A DNA stretch of 25,859 nucleotides from a virus (Duplodnaviria > Caudoviricetes). The stretch covers positions 1-25,859 of the IMG/VR virus record IMGVR_UViG_3300046028_008858, one strand, 5' to 3'. The translations under genes were made by a program, and so were the position numbers. Below are positions 24,589 through 25,859 of the stretch, piece after piece. The notes under the pieces were generated by a model. That model was not told the DNA's origin, did no database searches, and worked only from the letters and a program-made list of their open reading frames with translations. The stretch's first letter is position 1. Every line of letters starts with the position of its first letter.

Positions 24589-25026
24589 ATGAACTACGAT
24601 TATCAACATGGGTATTGTCACTATTTCGCGAATATCATTATAGATGAAATAAGAAAATTAGTACCAAAGAACTTCCCTATTAATTATTACTTAATCCTTG
24701 CAGAGAGACTCGATGACGAGGGGGAAGTAATAGATGATGTTTTAGTTCATGTCTATATAAAGATAGGGGATTATTATTTAGACTCAGAAGGTTTCCACAC
24801 TATAGATGATGTAAATAAAAGAGAACAAGAGTGGGTAGACATAGAAGAAACACTAACACCTGAGGATTATTCTTTTGATTCATACCAAGAAGAAAGTGAG
24901 AATATACCTGAGCACTTCTTTAATAGATTCTGTAAGAGAGATACAGTAAAGAAAGATATTAAAGATTTCATATCACAACCACAGTTTAAAGACTTTATTA
25001 CAAAACTACATAACAGACATGAGTAA
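24589..25026 (+). CDS. Hypothetical protein with possible Cys-His-Asp (transglutaminase/papain-like) triad
   Basis: GYCHYFA...VHVY....YYLDSEG; TATTTAT at 24578-24584 favours ATG 24589. Confidence 0.6.
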   Translation: MNYDYQHGYCHYFANIIIDEIRKLVPKNFPINYYLILAERLDDEGEVIDDVLVHVYIKIGDYYLDSEGFHTIDDVNKREQEWVDIEETLTPEDYSFDSYQEESENIPEHFFNRFCKRDTVKKDIKDFISQPQFKDFITKLHNRHE

Positions 25027-25032
25027 TGTATA

Positions 25033-25101
25033 ATTAACTCACTCACTCCATGGTCGGACTAAGAACACTCCCGTGTTCCCGACCATTTCATTCGTTCATT
25101 A
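25033..25101. repeat. 69-bp structured repeat, copy 1
   Basis: ATGGTCGG-actaa-GAACAC-tccc-GTGTTC-CCGACCAT hairpin flanked by TCACTCACTCC and TTCATTCGTTC. Confidence 0.92.
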
Positions 25102-25144
25102 CATATAAATAGTAATAATCTTTATTACGGTAAATTAAAAAAAG

Positions 25145-25175
25145 TTTGGAGATATAAGAAATAGTAGTATCTTTG
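25145..25175 (+). promoter_or_regulatory. Bacteroidota primary-sigma promoter
   Basis: TTTG-N19-TATCTTTG, 24 nt before ATG 25200. Confidence 0.8.
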
Positions 25176-25199
25176 TAGTTCACCATTAAAAAATAAACT

Positions 25200-25640
25200 A
25201 TGTTAAATTCCATCGTAAGAGGTTTCGGACTCACAATTGGCCGCAGAGCGGCAGACAACATGATTGATAACTTATCTCAATCTTCAGGAGAATACAAGAG
25301 TTCTCCTTCTTTATCAGGAAAACAAATTTTCAAAACAATCCTGTGGTCATTTATGTCAATGATTTTGGCGATTTTTATTACCTCATTTCTTTTTGCTATG
25401 GAAGCGGTAGACGAAAAAAACGTTTATATTCCATTTCTTATCCTGACCTTGTTGTTTACTTTTGTTATCGGAAAGGGTTATTATGACGATAACAAGAGAG
25501 TTATAGACAGAGTAAACACATATAATAAGACAATAAAGGAAAAAGAACGTTTAACTAAACAAACCGAAGAACTTTATGTTAGTGAAAAAATTACTAAACG
25601 AGAGTATGAAGTTCTTATGATGAAAATTAATAAGTTATAG
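25200..25640 (+). CDS. Membrane protein (2 TM helices, C-terminal SHOCT-like tail)
   Basis: Two hydrophobic segments; L.ELY....ITKREYE...KI. Confidence 0.8.
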   Translation: MLNSIVRGFGLTIGRRAADNMIDNLSQSSGEYKSSPSLSGKQIFKTILWSFMSMILAIFITSFLFAMEAVDEKNVYIPFLILTLLFTFVIGKGYYDDNKRVIDRVNTYNKTIKEKERLTKQTEELYVSEKITKREYEVLMMKINKL

Positions 25641-25650
25641 GGAATCTGTT

Positions 25651-25719
25651 ATTAATTCACTCACTCCATGGTCGGATTAGGAACACTCCCGTGTTCCCGA
25701 CCATTTTATTCGTTCATTA
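25651..25719. repeat. 69-bp structured repeat, copy 2
   Basis: 65/69 identical to 25033-25101; all 4 differences lie outside the two stems. Confidence 0.92.
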
Positions 25720-25759
25720 ATTCCACATTCCTGTCTTACCAAAATACATTATGATATTA

Positions 25760-25791
25760 GTTGGGGGCATAAAATATATTCATTATCTTTG
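25760..25791 (+). promoter_or_regulatory. Probable Bacteroidota promoter for the next (truncated) gene
   Basis: GTTG-N20-TATCTTTG; ATG at 25850 runs off the window. Confidence 0.55.
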
Positions 25792-25859
25792 CTCTTAACA
25801 AACTTCACAAACGAAGATAATACAATAAATTTCATTAAGATAAATAATTATGTCAGCAG

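Noticed and set aside
25033-25719. CRISPR array
   Set aside because: Only two 69-bp repeats, with a 549-bp intervening segment containing a gene; no cas genes
1-25859. Stop-codon reassignment as in some Bacteroidota phages
   Set aside because: Recognisable genes are full length in code 11; TAG, TGA and TAA all end genes next to terminators or the following start

Overview
AT-rich, densely coded segment of what is most likely a large (jumbo-type) tailed phage infecting a Bacteroidota host. The host call rests on many TTTG-N19/20-TAnnTTTG promoters and the lack of Shine-Dalgarno motifs. The standard genetic code fits and no structural, integrase or RT genes are in the window. In order it contains: (1) a DUF3310 / APS kinase / HxGH nucleotidyltransferase / DNA methylase operon; (2) ferritin-like, DHH phosphoesterase and DUF192 genes; (3) a ~1.7 kb non-coding locus (4420-6105) built like an rRNA operon, with tandem host promoters, boxA-like sites, an atypical initiator tRNA, several unexplained structured RNAs, and a ~800 nt GOLLD-like RNA with its own terminator; (4) a long accessory region in which many genes share a TATTTAT box, usually 4-5 nt before the start codon, and often an N-terminal 'MKYIITESQ..L.E' peptide that may be a capsid-targeting / prohead-protease leader; (5) a BKACE + acyltransferase + DegT amino-sugar operon, an ATE/Bpt-like aminoacyl transferase and a flavodoxin-fold protein; (6) three different direct-repeat pairs that each bracket 1-2 genes like cassettes. 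All family assignments come from motif recognition by eye, not from database searches.
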